Positions 43,028 to 52,353 of a stretch of DNA of 64,000 nt are shown here, one piece after another; positions within the stretch are counted from its first letter, which is position 1; every line of letters starts with the position of its first letter. The translations under genes and the position numbers were made by a program. The DNA lies in assembly GCA_963806025.1 (NCBI GenBank), contig CAWDWI010000013.1, forward strand, positions 100,478-164,477. The letters are read 5' to 3'. The notes beneath the pieces are model-generated. The model ran no database searches, was not told where the DNA came from, and saw nothing but the letters and a program-made list of their open reading frames with translations. The stretch comes from an uncultured Thermoleophilia bacterium (GTDB taxonomy: Bacteria; Actinomycetota; Thermoleophilia; Gaiellales; Gaiellaceae).

Positions 43028-45463
43028 ATGCGGCCTCGGCCTTCTGGCACGGTCACCTTTCTCTTCACGGACGTCGAAGGCTCGACGTCGCTGCTCGGCG
43101 AGCTCGGTGCGGCGGCGTACGCCACTCAGCTGGAGCTCCACCGCACGGCCTTGCGCCGGGCCTGGGAGTCGCATGACGGCGTCGAGATCGACACCCAGGG
43201 CGACTCCTTCTTCGTCGCCTTCAGCCGGGCGGGCGATGCGGCGGCCGCTGCCCGCGGCGCGCAGGCTCTTCTGCAGGAGCACGGCATCCGTGTGCGGATG
43301 GGCATCCACACGGGCGAGCCGCTGCTGACGGAGGAGGGCTACGTCGGAATGGACGTGCACCGCGCCGCTCGGATCGCCGCCGCCGGCCACGGCGGGCAGA
43401 TTCTCCTGTCGCACGCGACACGCGACCTGCTCGTGGACGAGGACGAGATCGTCGATCTCGGCGAGCACCGCCTGAAGGACCTGACCCGCTCGGAGCGCAT
43501 CTACCAGCTGGGGCTCGGCTCGTTTCCGCCGCTCCGGAGCCTCAACAGATCGAACCTGCCCGAGGTGGCGCATCCGCTCGTCGGACGCATGGTCGAGCAG
43601 CTCGAGGTCGAGGACCTGCTCAGGCGCGTCAGGCTGGTGACCATCACCGGCACCGGCGGCACGGGCAAGACACGTCTCGCACTGCAGATCGCTGCGGAGC
43701 TCCTGGACGAGTTTCCCGACGGGGTGCATTTCGTCCCGCTCGCAGCCTTGACCGATGCGGACCTCGTGCTGCCGGTCGCCCTGCAGGCGCTCGGCCTCTC
43801 GGAGGCCGACAATGCCGACCAGCGCTCGCTCCTCGTCCTCGACAACTTCGAGCACCTTCGCGCGGCAGCCCCGGCCATCGCCGGGTTCCTCGCGAGCTCG
43901 CCCGGGCCGACGCTGCTCGTGACGAGCCGGATCCCGTTGCACGTCTCGATGGAGGTCGAGTATCCGCTCGATCCTCTGCCCCAGCTCGCAGCCGTCGAGC
44001 TGTTCCTCGACCGCGCCAACAGCGTTCGCAGAAGCGCTGAGCCGTCACCTGAGGTGGAGGAGATCTGCCGCCGGCTGGACTGTCTTCCGCTCGCACTCGA
44101 GCTCGCAGCGGCACGGTTGAGGCTGCTCGACCCGGCTGCTCTCCTCCATCGCCTCGATTCGAGGCTGTCGCTGCTCACCCGCGGGCCTGCCGACCTGCCC
44201 GAACGACAGCGGACGCTGGAGGCGACGATCGCGTGGAGCTACGACCTGCTCGACCCGGAGGTGCAGGACGTGTTTCTACGGCTGTCGATCTTTGCAGGCT
44301 CCTTCGGCATCGAGGCTGCCGACTCCGTCGCCGACGCCGACCTGGAGACCCTGACGACGCTCACCGAGGCAAGTCTCCTCAAGGCCCGCGGCGACAGCCG
44401 CTTCCTCGTGCTCGAGACGATTCGCGAGTTCGCTCGTGGGCGGCTACCGGTCGAAGAGGCGATGAGGCTGCCGACCCGCCACGCGCAGTACTACCTCTCG
44501 GCAGCCGAGCAGGCAGCGCCGAAACTGACGGGACACGACGCGCAGGAGTGGCTCGCCGCGATCGGCGCCGACTACGGCAACTTCCTGGCGGCACTCGACT
44601 GGTTCGCGCTCGAAGCACCGGAGGACGTGGCGCGCTTGACGATCGCACTCTGGCGCTTCTGGCTCGTACGGGGACGCTACGAGGAGGGGCAACGAGCGAT
44701 CGAGCGGGCCCTCGGGCTCAGCCCCACCCCGCTCGAGCACGCCGAGCTCCAGTACCAGCTGGGCGCGATCGTCATCTCACGGGGCGACACCGCGCGCGGT
44801 CGCGCCGTGTTCCAGGACGCACTCGACCGATTCCGGGCGGAGGGGCAGCAACTTGGTGAGGCGCGCAGCCTGAGCGCACTCGGGCACGTCGCCGCGGACG
44901 CGGGCGCGTGGAGCGAGGCGATCGCCCTCTACGAGGGCGCCGCGGCCGTTTTCCGCCGCAGCGGCGAACGCTTCGGCCTCGGCGGTGTCCTGGGCGATCT
45001 CGCCAACACCTATCTGCGCTCGAACTCACCCGGCGAGGCCCTGCCGCTCGCCGTGGAGAGTCGCACGATCCAGAACGAGGTCGGCAACGGGCAGGGCGAG
45101 GCGCTCGCACTCGCGATCGAAGGGTACGCCCACCTCGGGCTCGGCCGGCTGACCGAGGCGCGTCGGGCGCTGACCGCCGCAACCCGCGTCGCGCACAGGC
45201 TCGGCTATCTCCACGGCTTGGTCTTCAGCCTGAACGGACTTGCGGCCGTGGCGTATCGATCGGCCGACCATGACCGCGCGCGAGCGCTGTTCGAAGCCGC
45301 GCAGGCGCTTCGAGACAGCATGGGCATCGAGCACGATCCGGACGACGCGCTCGTCGCCGAAGACCGAGCGGCCGCTCGCGGGCCTAGGCCCGTCGGTCGG
45401 TATGGCGGACTTCGATCTCGACCGGGCGATCGCACTCGCGCTCGCCGAGTAGCCGTGCGCTAG
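43028..45463 (+). CDS. Class III cyclase-homology domain + NB-ARC/STAND ATPase + TPR protein (811 aa)
   Basis: TFLFTDVEGST, QGDSFFVAF and GMDVHRAARIAAAGHGGQILLS. P-loop ITGTGGTGKTRLA. TPR C-terminus. The last 25 or so codons may belong to another frame ending at 45452. Confidence 0.8.
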   Translation: MRPRPSGTVTFLFTDVEGSTSLLGELGAAAYATQLELHRTALRRAWESHDGVEIDTQGDSFFVAFSRAGDAAAAARGAQALLQEHGIRVRMGIHTGEPLLTEEGYVGMDVHRAARIAAAGHGGQILLSHATRDLLVDEDEIVDLGEHRLKDLTRSERIYQLGLGSFPPLRSLNRSNLPEVAHPLVGRMVEQLEVEDLLRRVRLVTITGTGGTGKTRLALQIAAELLDEFPDGVHFVPLAALTDADLVLPVALQALGLSEADNADQRSLLVLDNFEHLRAAAPAIAGFLASSPGPTLLVTSRIPLHVSMEVEYPLDPLPQLAAVELFLDRANSVRRSAEPSPEVEEICRRLDCLPLALELAAARLRLLDPAALLHRLDSRLSLLTRGPADLPERQRTLEATIAWSYDLLDPEVQDVFLRLSIFAGSFGIEAADSVADADLETLTTLTEASLLKARGDSRFLVLETIREFARGRLPVEEAMRLPTRHAQYYLSAAEQAAPKLTGHDAQEWLAAIGADYGNFLAALDWFALEAPEDVARLTIALWRFWLVRGRYEEGQRAIERALGLSPTPLEHAELQYQLGAIVISRGDTARGRAVFQDALDRFRAEGQQLGEARSLSALGHVAADAGAWSEAIALYEGAAAVFRRSGERFGLGGVLGDLANTYLRSNSPGEALPLAVESRTIQNEVGNGQGEALALAIEGYAHLGLGRLTEARRALTAATRVAHRLGYLHGLVFSLNGLAAVAYRSADHDRARALFEAAQALRDSMGIEHDPDDALVAEDRAAARGPRPVGRYGGLRSRPGDRTRARRVAVR

Positions 45464-45690
45464 GGCGCTTCGAACAGTTCGATGACCTCCAGCCCATGCA
45501 GGTCGTGCAGGATCCCGTCGAGGTCGCCGTCCTTCACCAGCACGTAGGCGTAGGTGGGATTGTTGGCACCGTCGAACCAGAGGTTCTCGAACTTCCCATG
45601 ATGACTCTTGCAGACCGATTCGACCTTCTCGCGTGTCCGCAGACCCGGATTCGGTGTCATCGCGTTGATCTTCACGAAGTTGTGTGGCAC
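45460..45690 (-). CDS. Small hypothetical protein (66-76 aa)
   Basis: ORF with protein-like composition (..KFENLWFDGANNPTYAYVLVKDGDLDGILHDLHGLEVIELFE). No family recognised. Confidence 0.4.
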   Translation of the reverse strand: MPHNFVKINAMTPNPGLRTREKVESVCKSHHGKFENLWFDGANNPTYAYVLVKDGDLDGILHDLHGLEVIELFEAP

Positions 45691-45746
45691 GTTTCCTCCT
45701 CGAGTTCAGCCGATCATCCACAGCCGAACCGGGCGATGCAAGGCCG

Positions 45747-46067
45747 TCAGTAGGCGGGAAGCGGCGGCGGGAGCGGGCGGCTCAGGTTTGCGACCGCCCC
45801 GGTGGCCTCTTCGGCCGCCGCAGGCCGCGCATCCGTGCGGGCGTGCCACAGGTCGATGTTCAGGCGCTCGATCTCCTCGACGAGCATGGTGATCGCCCGC
45901 CCGGCCGCACGCACCTCCTCTCGCGGATCGGTCTGCAGCCCTTCGCCCCAGCTCCGGAGCGTCTCCACCTTCGCCTCGTCGAGGCGCTGCTGGGGGAGGC
46001 TCAAGAGGCCTTCATAACGGCGGGAGCGAGCGAGACTGTCAACAGCTTTTCCACAATGCACCACCAC
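45747..46067 (-). CDS. Hypothetical protein (helical)
   Basis: LDEAKVETLRSWGEGLQTDPREEVRAAGRAITMLVEEIERLNIDLWHAR looks like a real helical segment. The start is uncertain. Confidence 0.3.
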   Translation of the reverse strand: MVVHCGKAVDSLARSRRYEGLLSLPQQRLDEAKVETLRSWGEGLQTDPREEVRAAGRAITMLVEEIERLNIDLWHARTDARPAAAEEATGAVANLSRPLPPPLPAY

Positions 46068-46456
46068 CAGTCCCTGCGAGCACGCGGAAACCGGTCTTCG
46101 ATGTTGATAACAGCCCTGCGCTCCGCACGCGGTCTCCCCGGGGCGTATCAGGGCAAAAATTCACCGAGCCGGTGGCGTTTTCGTCCACCGCCCCCACAAA
46201 CCTTCGGCTTGCGCCTATGGCCCTCAGGAACGGCTTCGGTCTACTAACGCTCCGCGCTCGGTGCATTCAGCAACGTAGCGATGGCGCGGAGCACGTTCAA
46301 GACCGGAGTTTGTAAACGAACCCGCAGTTTGCGGCAATTCACTCGCGGGTGCCGCCGGCGAGCGAGGGCGGCATCCCTCGACCGAGGGAGGCCTTTCGTT
46401 GCGGGTCGCACGGCGGGCTTCTAGACTCGCGCGAATCCGACGAGAAGGAGGCCGAG

Positions 46457-47824
46457 ATGGCAACCACGACAGGCATGGATGCCGACCGGCTCGACGCGCT
46501 GAGAGGTTCCGTTTCCGGGACTCTCCTGGCGCCGGGCGACGGCGGCTACGAGGAAGCACGCCGAGTCCACAACGGATTGATCGACCGCAACCCGGCGCTG
46601 ATCGCGCGTTGCCAGAGCACCGCCGACATCGCGGACGCGGTTCGGTTCGCGCGCGCGGAGGGCCTCGACATCTGTGTGCGCGGCGGCGGTCACAACGTTG
46701 CCGGACGTGCCGTGGTCGACGGGGCGCTGATGATCGATCTGAGCCCGATGAAGGGGGTCTACGTCGACCAGGGCGCGCGTACCGTACGGGCGCAGGGCGG
46801 TGTGCTCTGGCGCGAGCTGAATCGCGAGACGGCCGCCCACGGGCTTGCCGTCACAGGTGGCGCGATCTCGACCACCGGCATCGCCGGGCTGACGCTCGGC
46901 GGCGGTCTCGGCTGGCTGATGGCGAAGTACGGGCTGGCGGCCGACAACGTGAACGCGGTCGAGCTCGTGACGGCCGAAGGCGATGTGCGCGACGTGACGG
47001 CTGAGTCGGACCCGGATTTGTTCTGGGCGCTTCGGGGCGGCGGCGGCAACTTCGGCATCGCGGCGTCGTTCGAATACCGGCTCTACCCGCTGCAGATGAT
47101 CACCGGAGGGCTGATCGCCCATCCGATCGACGCCGCGGGCGACCTGCTCCGGTTCTACCGCGAGGCGCTCGCGTCTGTATCGGACGACCTCACCGTCTTC
47201 GCAGGGTTGGTGCATGCGCCGGACGGCTCGGGGCACAAGCTGTCGGCGATGGTCGTCTTCCACACCGGAACCCCTGAAGAGGCGGAGCGAGAGCTCGCAC
47301 CGTTCAAGAACTGGGGCTCACCGCTCGCGGTCGAGGTCGGGCCGATGCCGTACCAGGTCATGAACACGGTGCTCGACGCGAACTATCCGACAGGCTCGCT
47401 CAACTACTGGCTCTCGAGCTTCACGAGCGGGTTGCCCGACGGCTTGATCGACACGGCCGTGGAACGGTTCGCGACCGTTCCGTCGACGATGAGCGCGGTG
47501 CTACTGGAGCAGTTCCACGGTGCGGTCTGCCGTGTCGGCGTCACCGACACCGCCGTCCCGCACCGTGAGGAAGGCTGGAACCTGCTCCTGCCGTCTGTCT
47601 GGACCGACCCCGCCGACACCGAAGCCAACATCGCCTGGACACGGGAGACGCACGCGGCGCTTGCTCCTCACCTGACGGAAGGCCGCTGGCTCAACTACCT
47701 CGGCGACGATCAGGACGACGCAGTGCGCGCTGCCTACGGGCCGAACTACGACCGCCTCGTCGAGTTGAAACGGCGCTTCGACCCGCAGAACGTCTTCCGC
47801 CACAACCACAACATCGTTCCGTAG
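46457..47824 (+). CDS. FAD-binding (PCMH-type) oxidoreductase with a BBE-like C-terminus
   Basis: ATG 46457 follows GAAGGAGG. ICVRGGGHNVAG, DLFWALRGGGGNFGIA, and the C-terminal LVELKRRFDPQNVFRHNHNI (BBE motif). Confidence 0.85.
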   Translation: MATTTGMDADRLDALRGSVSGTLLAPGDGGYEEARRVHNGLIDRNPALIARCQSTADIADAVRFARAEGLDICVRGGGHNVAGRAVVDGALMIDLSPMKGVYVDQGARTVRAQGGVLWRELNRETAAHGLAVTGGAISTTGIAGLTLGGGLGWLMAKYGLAADNVNAVELVTAEGDVRDVTAESDPDLFWALRGGGGNFGIAASFEYRLYPLQMITGGLIAHPIDAAGDLLRFYREALASVSDDLTVFAGLVHAPDGSGHKLSAMVVFHTGTPEEAERELAPFKNWGSPLAVEVGPMPYQVMNTVLDANYPTGSLNYWLSSFTSGLPDGLIDTAVERFATVPSTMSAVLLEQFHGAVCRVGVTDTAVPHREEGWNLLLPSVWTDPADTEANIAWTRETHAALAPHLTEGRWLNYLGDDQDDAVRAAYGPNYDRLVELKRRFDPQNVFRHNHNIVP

Positions 47825-47830
47825 CCGCCG

Positions 47831-48640
47831 TCAGCCCAACAAGGTCGCGGCGTGGTCCGGGACGTAGCGGTAGAGGTCGCGCGGCGGCCGCTCGTAGTCG
47901 CTTTCCGGCGGGCGCGGCGGCAACTCGACCGGGGTCTCCAGCACGTCCTGGTAGGGCACGATCGACAGCAGGTGGGCGATGCAGTTGAGGCGGGCGCGGC
48001 GCTTGTCGTCACCCTCGACCACGTACCACGGGGCCTCGTCGACGTCGGTGTGGACGAACATCTCGTCCTTCGCCCGCGAGTAGTCGACCCAGCGCGCGCG
48101 CGACTCCAGATCGAGCGGCGACAGCTTCCAACGGCGCAGCGGGTCCTCGAGCCGTGAGCGGAACCGCCGCTCCTGCTCCTCGTCGCTGACGGAGAACCAG
48201 TACTTGACCAGCCGGATCCCGTCCTCGACCAACAGCCGTTCGAAGATCGGGCACTGCTCGAGAAACAGCCGGTACTCCGCGGGCGTGCAGAAGCCCATCA
48301 CGTGCTCGACGCCGGCGCGGTTGTACCAGCTGCGGTCGAAGATGACCATCTCCCCCGCGCTCGGCAGGTGCGCGATGTACCGCTGGAAGTACCACTGGCT
48401 CCGCTCGCGCTCCGTCGGCGCGGGCAGCGCCACGATGCGCGCCGCCCGCGGGTTCAGGTACTCCGTCACCCGTTTGATCGCCCCGCCCTTGCCGGCCGCG
48501 TCGCGCCCCTCGAACAGAACGACGAGCCGCTCGCCCGTTGTTCGCACCCATTCCTTCAACTGCACCAGCTCCCCCTGCAGGCGAAGCAGTTCCTGCTCGT
48601 ACAGCTTGCGGGGGATCGTCGTTGCGTGATCGTGGGGCAT
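47831..48640 (-). CDS. ppk2: Polyphosphate kinase 2
   Basis: VVLFEGRDAAGKGGAIKRV (P-loop), FDRSWYNRAGVEHV, FWFSVSDEEQERRF-like KYWFSVSDEEQERRF, and WKLSPLD. Confidence 0.9.
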   Translation of the reverse strand: MPHDHATTIPRKLYEQELLRLQGELVQLKEWVRTTGERLVVLFEGRDAAGKGGAIKRVTEYLNPRAARIVALPAPTERERSQWYFQRYIAHLPSAGEMVIFDRSWYNRAGVEHVMGFCTPAEYRLFLEQCPIFERLLVEDGIRLVKYWFSVSDEEQERRFRSRLEDPLRRWKLSPLDLESRARWVDYSRAKDEMFVHTDVDEAPWYVVEGDDKRRARLNCIAHLLSIVPYQDVLETPVELPPRPPESDYERPPRDLYRYVPDHAATLLG

Positions 48641-48760
48641 CGGCTCGTCTCCAGCGAACCCTACGCGCGTCGGCGGCCGCCCCGGCCGTGCGGGAAACCC
48701 CCACCCCGGCTCAGTGATCTCCTGGATTCCACGCGGGACGACGTCGGCGAAGCTGCCGGC

Positions 48761-49102
48761 ATGTCACTCCATCCGAAAAGCACGACCGACCTGGCGCTCG
48801 CGCCGGTGGCGGCGGCAATCGACCTCAACCTCCAGAGACTGCGGGACCGGAAGCCGTCCGAGATCGACTACGAGCTCGCGCTCGAGCTCAATCTCAACAC
48901 CCACGGCAGCACGCGCGTGGACCGCGCGCATTGGGTGCAGCAGAGCGCGATCCGCTTCGTCGACCTCCACGACTGGCAGACAGAGATCACCGATGACGGT
49001 GACCGTCTCCGACTCGACGGAGGGTCCGTGACGCTCGACCTGGGACTGAGCGCCACGCTCCTCAGCTACATCGAGTACGGGCCGACCGGCTCGGAGAAGT
49101 GA
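48761..49102 (+). CDS. Hypothetical protein (113 aa)
   Basis: In-frame ATG within track ORF 48302..49102. The sequence looks protein-like (IDYELALELNLNTHGSTRVDRAHWVQQSAIRFVDLHDW..). No family recognised. Confidence 0.4.
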   Translation: MSLHPKSTTDLALAPVAAAIDLNLQRLRDRKPSEIDYELALELNLNTHGSTRVDRAHWVQQSAIRFVDLHDWQTEITDDGDRLRLDGGSVTLDLGLSATLLSYIEYGPTGSEK

Positions 49103-49111
49103 TCGCCCGCG

Positions 49112-49558
49112 TCAGCGGTCGACGGCCGGAGCGTTCGCATACTCCTCGTCGGTGACGTGGTCGCCCCAATTTGCCGGGATTCCCGCGTCGTCGACCTCGA
49201 GCATCGCGAGGTGGGTCATCAAACGCGTCGCGGCAGCGCCGTGCCAGTGCTCCTCCCCGGGCTCGAAGAACACGCGGTCGCCGGGGCGGATCACCTCGAC
49301 GGGGCCACCTCGCCGCTGCGCGTGGCCGACGCCTTCGAGCACGTAGATCGTCTGGCCGTTCGGATGTGTGTGCCAGGCGGTTCGTGCGCCGGGCGTGAAA
49401 TGAACGCGGCTCGCACTCAGGCGCGAGCCGGCGGACGGAGCGGCGACGGCGTCGATGTGCACGGTGCCGGTGAACCAGTCGCTCGGCCCCACCGTGGTGT
49501 CGCCGATGTTCCTCGTGATCTGCAATTTGGCCTCCAAGTCAGGATCGGTTGCGTGCAC
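49112..49558 (-). CDS. Cupin domain protein
   Basis: Cupin motifs GARTAWHTHPNGQTIYVLEG and PGEEHWHGA. Confidence 0.75.
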   Translation of the reverse strand: MHATDPDLEAKLQITRNIGDTTVGPSDWFTGTVHIDAVAAPSAGSRLSASRVHFTPGARTAWHTHPNGQTIYVLEGVGHAQRRGGPVEVIRPGDRVFFEPGEEHWHGAAATRLMTHLAMLEVDDAGIPANWGDHVTDEEYANAPAVDR

Positions 49559-49596
49559 TCATCATCTCGGGCCGGCGCATGATCGATCGCTGAGAC

Positions 49597-50893
49597 TCAC
49601 CTGACCCGCACCTGGAGGCTGAGCCGGCGCTGGCGCGGCGACCAGATCCGGAGCAGCGAGCCGCGCTGGAGGCGAATCGTCCTGATGAAGACGCCCTGAT
49701 TGTTCGTCAGCCGGGCACGGCCGACGAGTTTCCATTCGTTCCGGTGGAGCACCTCCAGCTGATAGGGCTTGCGGCCCGGCCGGCCGCCGCGAATCTGACC
49801 CCAGACCACTGTCTGGAACCCGACTCGCCTCATCTCCGCGAACGGCAGCTTGAATCCCTGCAGCGAGGGCTTCGGACGGCTGTTCGCGAAGAGGAGCCCG
49901 GTCTGGAAGCGGCTGAGCGCGACCTCGTCGCGATAGAGGTACTGGATCAGCATCGTGACCCGCGGCAGCCGCCAGGCGCGCATCGCCGCGAGGCTGAGCA
50001 TCGTCGCCTGCCTCCGGGGCGGAACGCCGAGGAACATGTCGGGCGGGTTCGTCTGGTAGCCGTACTCGGTGAGCCAGATCGGCTTCGGCCCGAAGGCGCG
50101 CCTGACGAGGATGAGGAGCTTCGGAAGCGTCGCCATCGTGATCGACGGACAGTTCTTGCAGCCGCCGCTCGACGGCGTCTCGCCTGGTCTCGAGGGGTAG
50201 GGGTGGTGGGCGTAGGCGTCGAGCTTCGCGTGTGCGGCGGCCATGCCGCGAACCCAGACCACGGGCGCAACGCCCCCGAGCCCGCCGCGAGGCGCCGTCA
50301 CTCCGCCGCCGACCTGCGCGTGCCGGAGGACGGCGTGGATCGCGTCGTACCCGGGGTTGAGCAGATGCTGGACGTAGATCGCCGCCTTCGTCGGTCTGAG
50401 CCAGAGCGGCTTGTTCGGCTCATTCCAGATCAGCCAGTAGTGAACCCAGGGGTAGCGCTGGGCGGCGGCGTGCGCGAAGGCCCGGAAGTCCCGCGGTCGC
50501 GGAGGCGCGAAGTTCGGTCCACGGCCCCCGTTCGCCCAGGCCGGCGTGCCGACCAGCGTGAGCACCGGCGTCAGGCCGTAGCGGCGGAGGCCGCGCAGAA
50601 TCCTGTCGGGTCGACGCCAGTCGTAGGCGCGATCGCGCGGCGAGCTCGGATTCGGTCGGCCGCCGCAGGGCGATCTCGTTCCAGCGGAGCGTGAAGCGGA
50701 CGAGCGGCACGCCGAGCCTCTTGAACGTCGCCAGCCGCTGGTTGAGCGTTCCCGGCCCGAACTCCAGCCACGCGTCGTCCTGAATCCCGTACCGAATGCC
50801 CTTCGACGCGTGAACGGAGCTCGCAGCAACACATGCCGCGACGGCGAACAACAGCACCACGCACATTCTCATCCGACCCCCTGGCGTCCTCAT
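49597..50893 (-). pseudogene. Secreted glycoside-hydrolase-like (clan GH-A) protein, paralog of 15621-17123; frame broken once near 50652
   Basis: The signal peptide and first strands (MRTPGGRMRMCVVLLFAVAACVAASSVHA...VRFTLRWNEIALRRP) are in the frame of ORF 50420..50986. The rest (NPSSPRDRAYDW...WLIWNEPNKP...IWLTEYGYQ) is in the frame of ORF 49597..50832. Confidence 0.65.
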
Positions 50894-50997
50894 CGGCGGC
50901 TCGAACTCTCGCACGTCGCCAGGATCCCCGCACCGCCATACCAACGCGACAACCAGTTGCGGGCTATGTTGGCACGACCCCAACATGGAGGCTCGCC

Positions 50998-51274
50998 TTG
51001 AGCACGCTCATCCGCTTCGCTCCCCCGTCCTTGACGGCCGAGCAGTACGACAACGCTGTACGTCGACTGCGCGAGGAAGGCGTCCTCCCGGCCGACGGGC
51101 TCGAGTTCGAGATCTGCTTCGGGTCGGGCGACCAACATCGCGTCAGTCAGGTCTGGGACTCGCCCGAGCAGATGGCCGCGTTCGGCGAGCGCCTCGCGAC
51201 CGATCCTCGCCGAGCTGGGCATCGACCCCGGCGAGCCGGAGGTCGTCGAGGTGCACAACATCATCAGGCGCTGA
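50998..51274 (+). pseudogene. Small conserved-looking hypothetical protein (about 91 aa) split by one frame jump near 51199
   Basis: TTG 50998 lies 6 nt after GGAGG. (M)STLIRFAPPSLTAEQYDNAVRRLREEGVLPADGLEFEICFGSGDQHRVSQVWDSPEQMAAFGERLA continues sensibly only in the next frame: PILAELGIDPGEPEVVEVHNIIRR*. Confidence 0.45.
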
Positions 51275-51322
51275 CTCCTGTCGGAAGGCGGGCGGCGGAC
51301 ACCTCCGAACAATCGGGGACGG

Positions 51323-52216
51323 TTACGCCGCTCGCTCTTCCGGATCGACGTCGCGCCCGGGCGAGCCCGACCCCGCAGCCCGGGCCGCCAGTTCCGCGCC
51401 GGCGCCGAAGCGCAGGATGCGACCGCCGAACGCAATCGAGCACACCGCAAACCAGGCCCACCCGAGCGCCAGGCCGGCGATCACATCGGTCAGCCAGTGA
51501 ACATCCAGCAGCACGCGGCTCGCCGCCACACCGACGGCGATCCCGGCGGCCAGCCCGATCAGCGCAGCCCGCCGCGGACGCGCCTGGCGGCGACCGATCA
51601 GCAATGCAGCCGTCGCATAGAACGCAGCTGCCGTCGCGGAGTGACCGCTCGGGAATGACGGCCCGAGCGTCGCGGCCACGGGATTGAACGAGGGCCTGAC
51701 CCGATCGGCCAACTGCTTCACGGTCAGCACGAGAACCTCCTCGCCCGCCATCACGGCAACGATGAAGGCCACCACCCAGGCGCTGCGCTGCACCACGGTC
51801 TCGACAGTCGCGAGGATCACGCACAGCACGACCACGACGTAGATGCTCCCGAGCTGGGTGATGCCGTTGAGGACGTGCGTCGAGAACGCCGATGCGTGTG
51901 CGTTTCCCCACCTCGCGACGCTCTGGTCGATCCCGAGGAGGTGCGCATTCGTACGCACCAGGTACGCGAGCACTCCGAAGAGGACGCCGCCGGCAATCGC
52001 GAGCACCAGGGCGAGCGTCAGCGCGAGGCCCGTTGCCACCTCAGGGTCGAGTCGAGGAGCAAGCGCCGCCCGCAGACCGGGATGCGCGTCAGCCGATTCG
52101 CCGACTTTTCGTGCCGCACTGCGGGCCGGGTCGGCTGCGCGCGGAAATCGCCACGCGAGCAGACCGACCGCGAGACCGGCGGTCAGGGCAAGGGCGAAGA
52201 GAAGAAGGAGTGGCAT
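51323..52216 (-). CDS. PAP2-family (acid phosphatase / lipid phosphate phosphatase) membrane protein
   Basis: KQLADRVRP (KxxxxxxRP), FPSGHSA (PSGH) and SRVLLDVHWLTD (SRx5Hx3D). Multiple TM helices. Confidence 0.85.
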   Translation of the reverse strand: MPLLLLFALALTAGLAVGLLAWRFPRAADPARSAARKVGESADAHPGLRAALAPRLDPEVATGLALTLALVLAIAGGVLFGVLAYLVRTNAHLLGIDQSVARWGNAHASAFSTHVLNGITQLGSIYVVVVLCVILATVETVVQRSAWVVAFIVAVMAGEEVLVLTVKQLADRVRPSFNPVAATLGPSFPSGHSATAAAFYATAALLIGRRQARPRRAALIGLAAGIAVGVAASRVLLDVHWLTDVIAGLALGWAWFAVCSIAFGGRILRFGAGAELAARAAGSGSPGRDVDPEERAA

Positions 52217-52353
52217 TTGTGTGTTTGGAAGATTCGGGAAGCGAAGGACGGGGATATGCCCCCATCGTCTCTGTCAAAACGCAACCAGCCACTGCAGTCA
52301 GCCCTGCTCCCACATCCCGTCCTGCGGGTTCGAAGGAGCAGGGCGGTGTCGGC

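Noticed and set aside
40791-43942. Minus-strand ORFs of 527 aa and 413 aa
   Set aside because: They are antisense to cyclases 2 and 3 and have no recognisable domains.
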